Positions 63,241-64,000 of a stretch of DNA of 64,000 bases are shown piece by piece. The stretch is taken from assembly GCA_051362555.1 (NCBI GenBank), contig CM120646.1:4340001-4404000 (forward strand), in the 5' to 3' direction. This DNA comes from Lingula anatina (taxonomy: Eukaryota > Animalia > Brachiopoda). Numbering within the stretch: position 1 is the stretch's first letter; the number at the start of each line of letters is the position of its first letter. Under the pieces are notes generated by a model. The model saw only the letters and a program-made list of their open reading frames with translations. It was not told the origin of the DNA and did not search any database. The translations under genes and the position numbers were made by a program.

Positions 63241-63503
63241 GCCAACAAATCGAAAAAAAAAAAAAAAAAAAGGCTCACTAGCCAAATATTGGGGCTTTAA
63301 TAAATTACTTTAAAGAGGATATCTGTGGTCTATGTTATTTTTCGCATTTTGAATTTAATGCATGTACTGGTAGAGCTACTAAAAGAAAAAACACAGCAAG
63401 GCTGGCTACACTAAAGCAGCTAGTACGGGGCATTCAACAGCTCTGCACTTGGGTATTATGTTATATAATATATAATATTATATATTATGGGTAGGCTAAG
63501 CCA

Positions 63504-63563
63504 ACTCAGATTCCTTTGTCTGAAATATAAAGCCGTTTATATTTCAGACAAAGAAATCTAAGT
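63504..63563. repeat. 60-bp hairpin palindrome
   Basis: 28-bp arms with 2 mismatches around a 4-nt GCCG loop. Confidence 0.85.
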
Positions 63564-64000
63564 GTAGTCCCCCCCCCCTCCACAACATGAACATATTGCT
63601 TTGAGTGAACTGCATGCTCATCTTTGCACGAAAAGAGACAAAAAATGACAAGACCCGCAGCCTCCTACTGTAGTAGACCATGGACATATTATGTCCATGA
63701 GTAGACCTACCTTCCTCGGCCTAGGGCTACTTGAATTTGCTTTGGGAGCTTCCCCCTTCATTATTAAAGCTGGTTTCAATCACTTTATTATTTTTTATTT
63801 TATAAGTGAGGGAAAATATCTGACAAATTTCACCGTATATATATAGCCATTATATTTAAAACATTTTAGGTCAGTAAATCATAAATGGCCCAATGGAAAG
63901 CAGGTAGTAATGTTATTTCTGTTACGTACGTATGACCTCATATGAAAATGCGTAGGCCTATACAAATGGTCCAATGGGGAGATTAAAAAACAGGATGTAT

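Overview
AT-rich eukaryotic (invertebrate-animal-like) genomic DNA with GT-AG introns; there are no prokaryotic features. Manual exon reconstruction gives, left to right: a type-B carboxylesterase (-) broken by a 168-bp TIR element and an 8-bp footprint; an SLC17/sialin-like transporter (+); ETHE1 (-) head-to-head with ANAPC13 (+); CCDC15 (-) head-to-head with TBRG1 (+); a divergent pair of stand-alone lysine-ketoglutarate-reductase (AASS LKR domain)-like genes; a Penelope fragment nested in a MITE; and a miniature polycystin-1-like gene (-). Two candidates for undescribed biology stand out. (1) The LKR-only pair both lack the SDH domain and the substrate-binding Arg loop. One has an acidic (NAD-type) cofactor loop and the other a basic (NADP-type) loop, suggesting a two-enzyme opine-type redox system. 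(2) A ~616-aa polycystin-1-like protein consists of signal peptide + TM1 + PLAT + TM2-5 only. Family assignments come from recalled motifs, not database searches.
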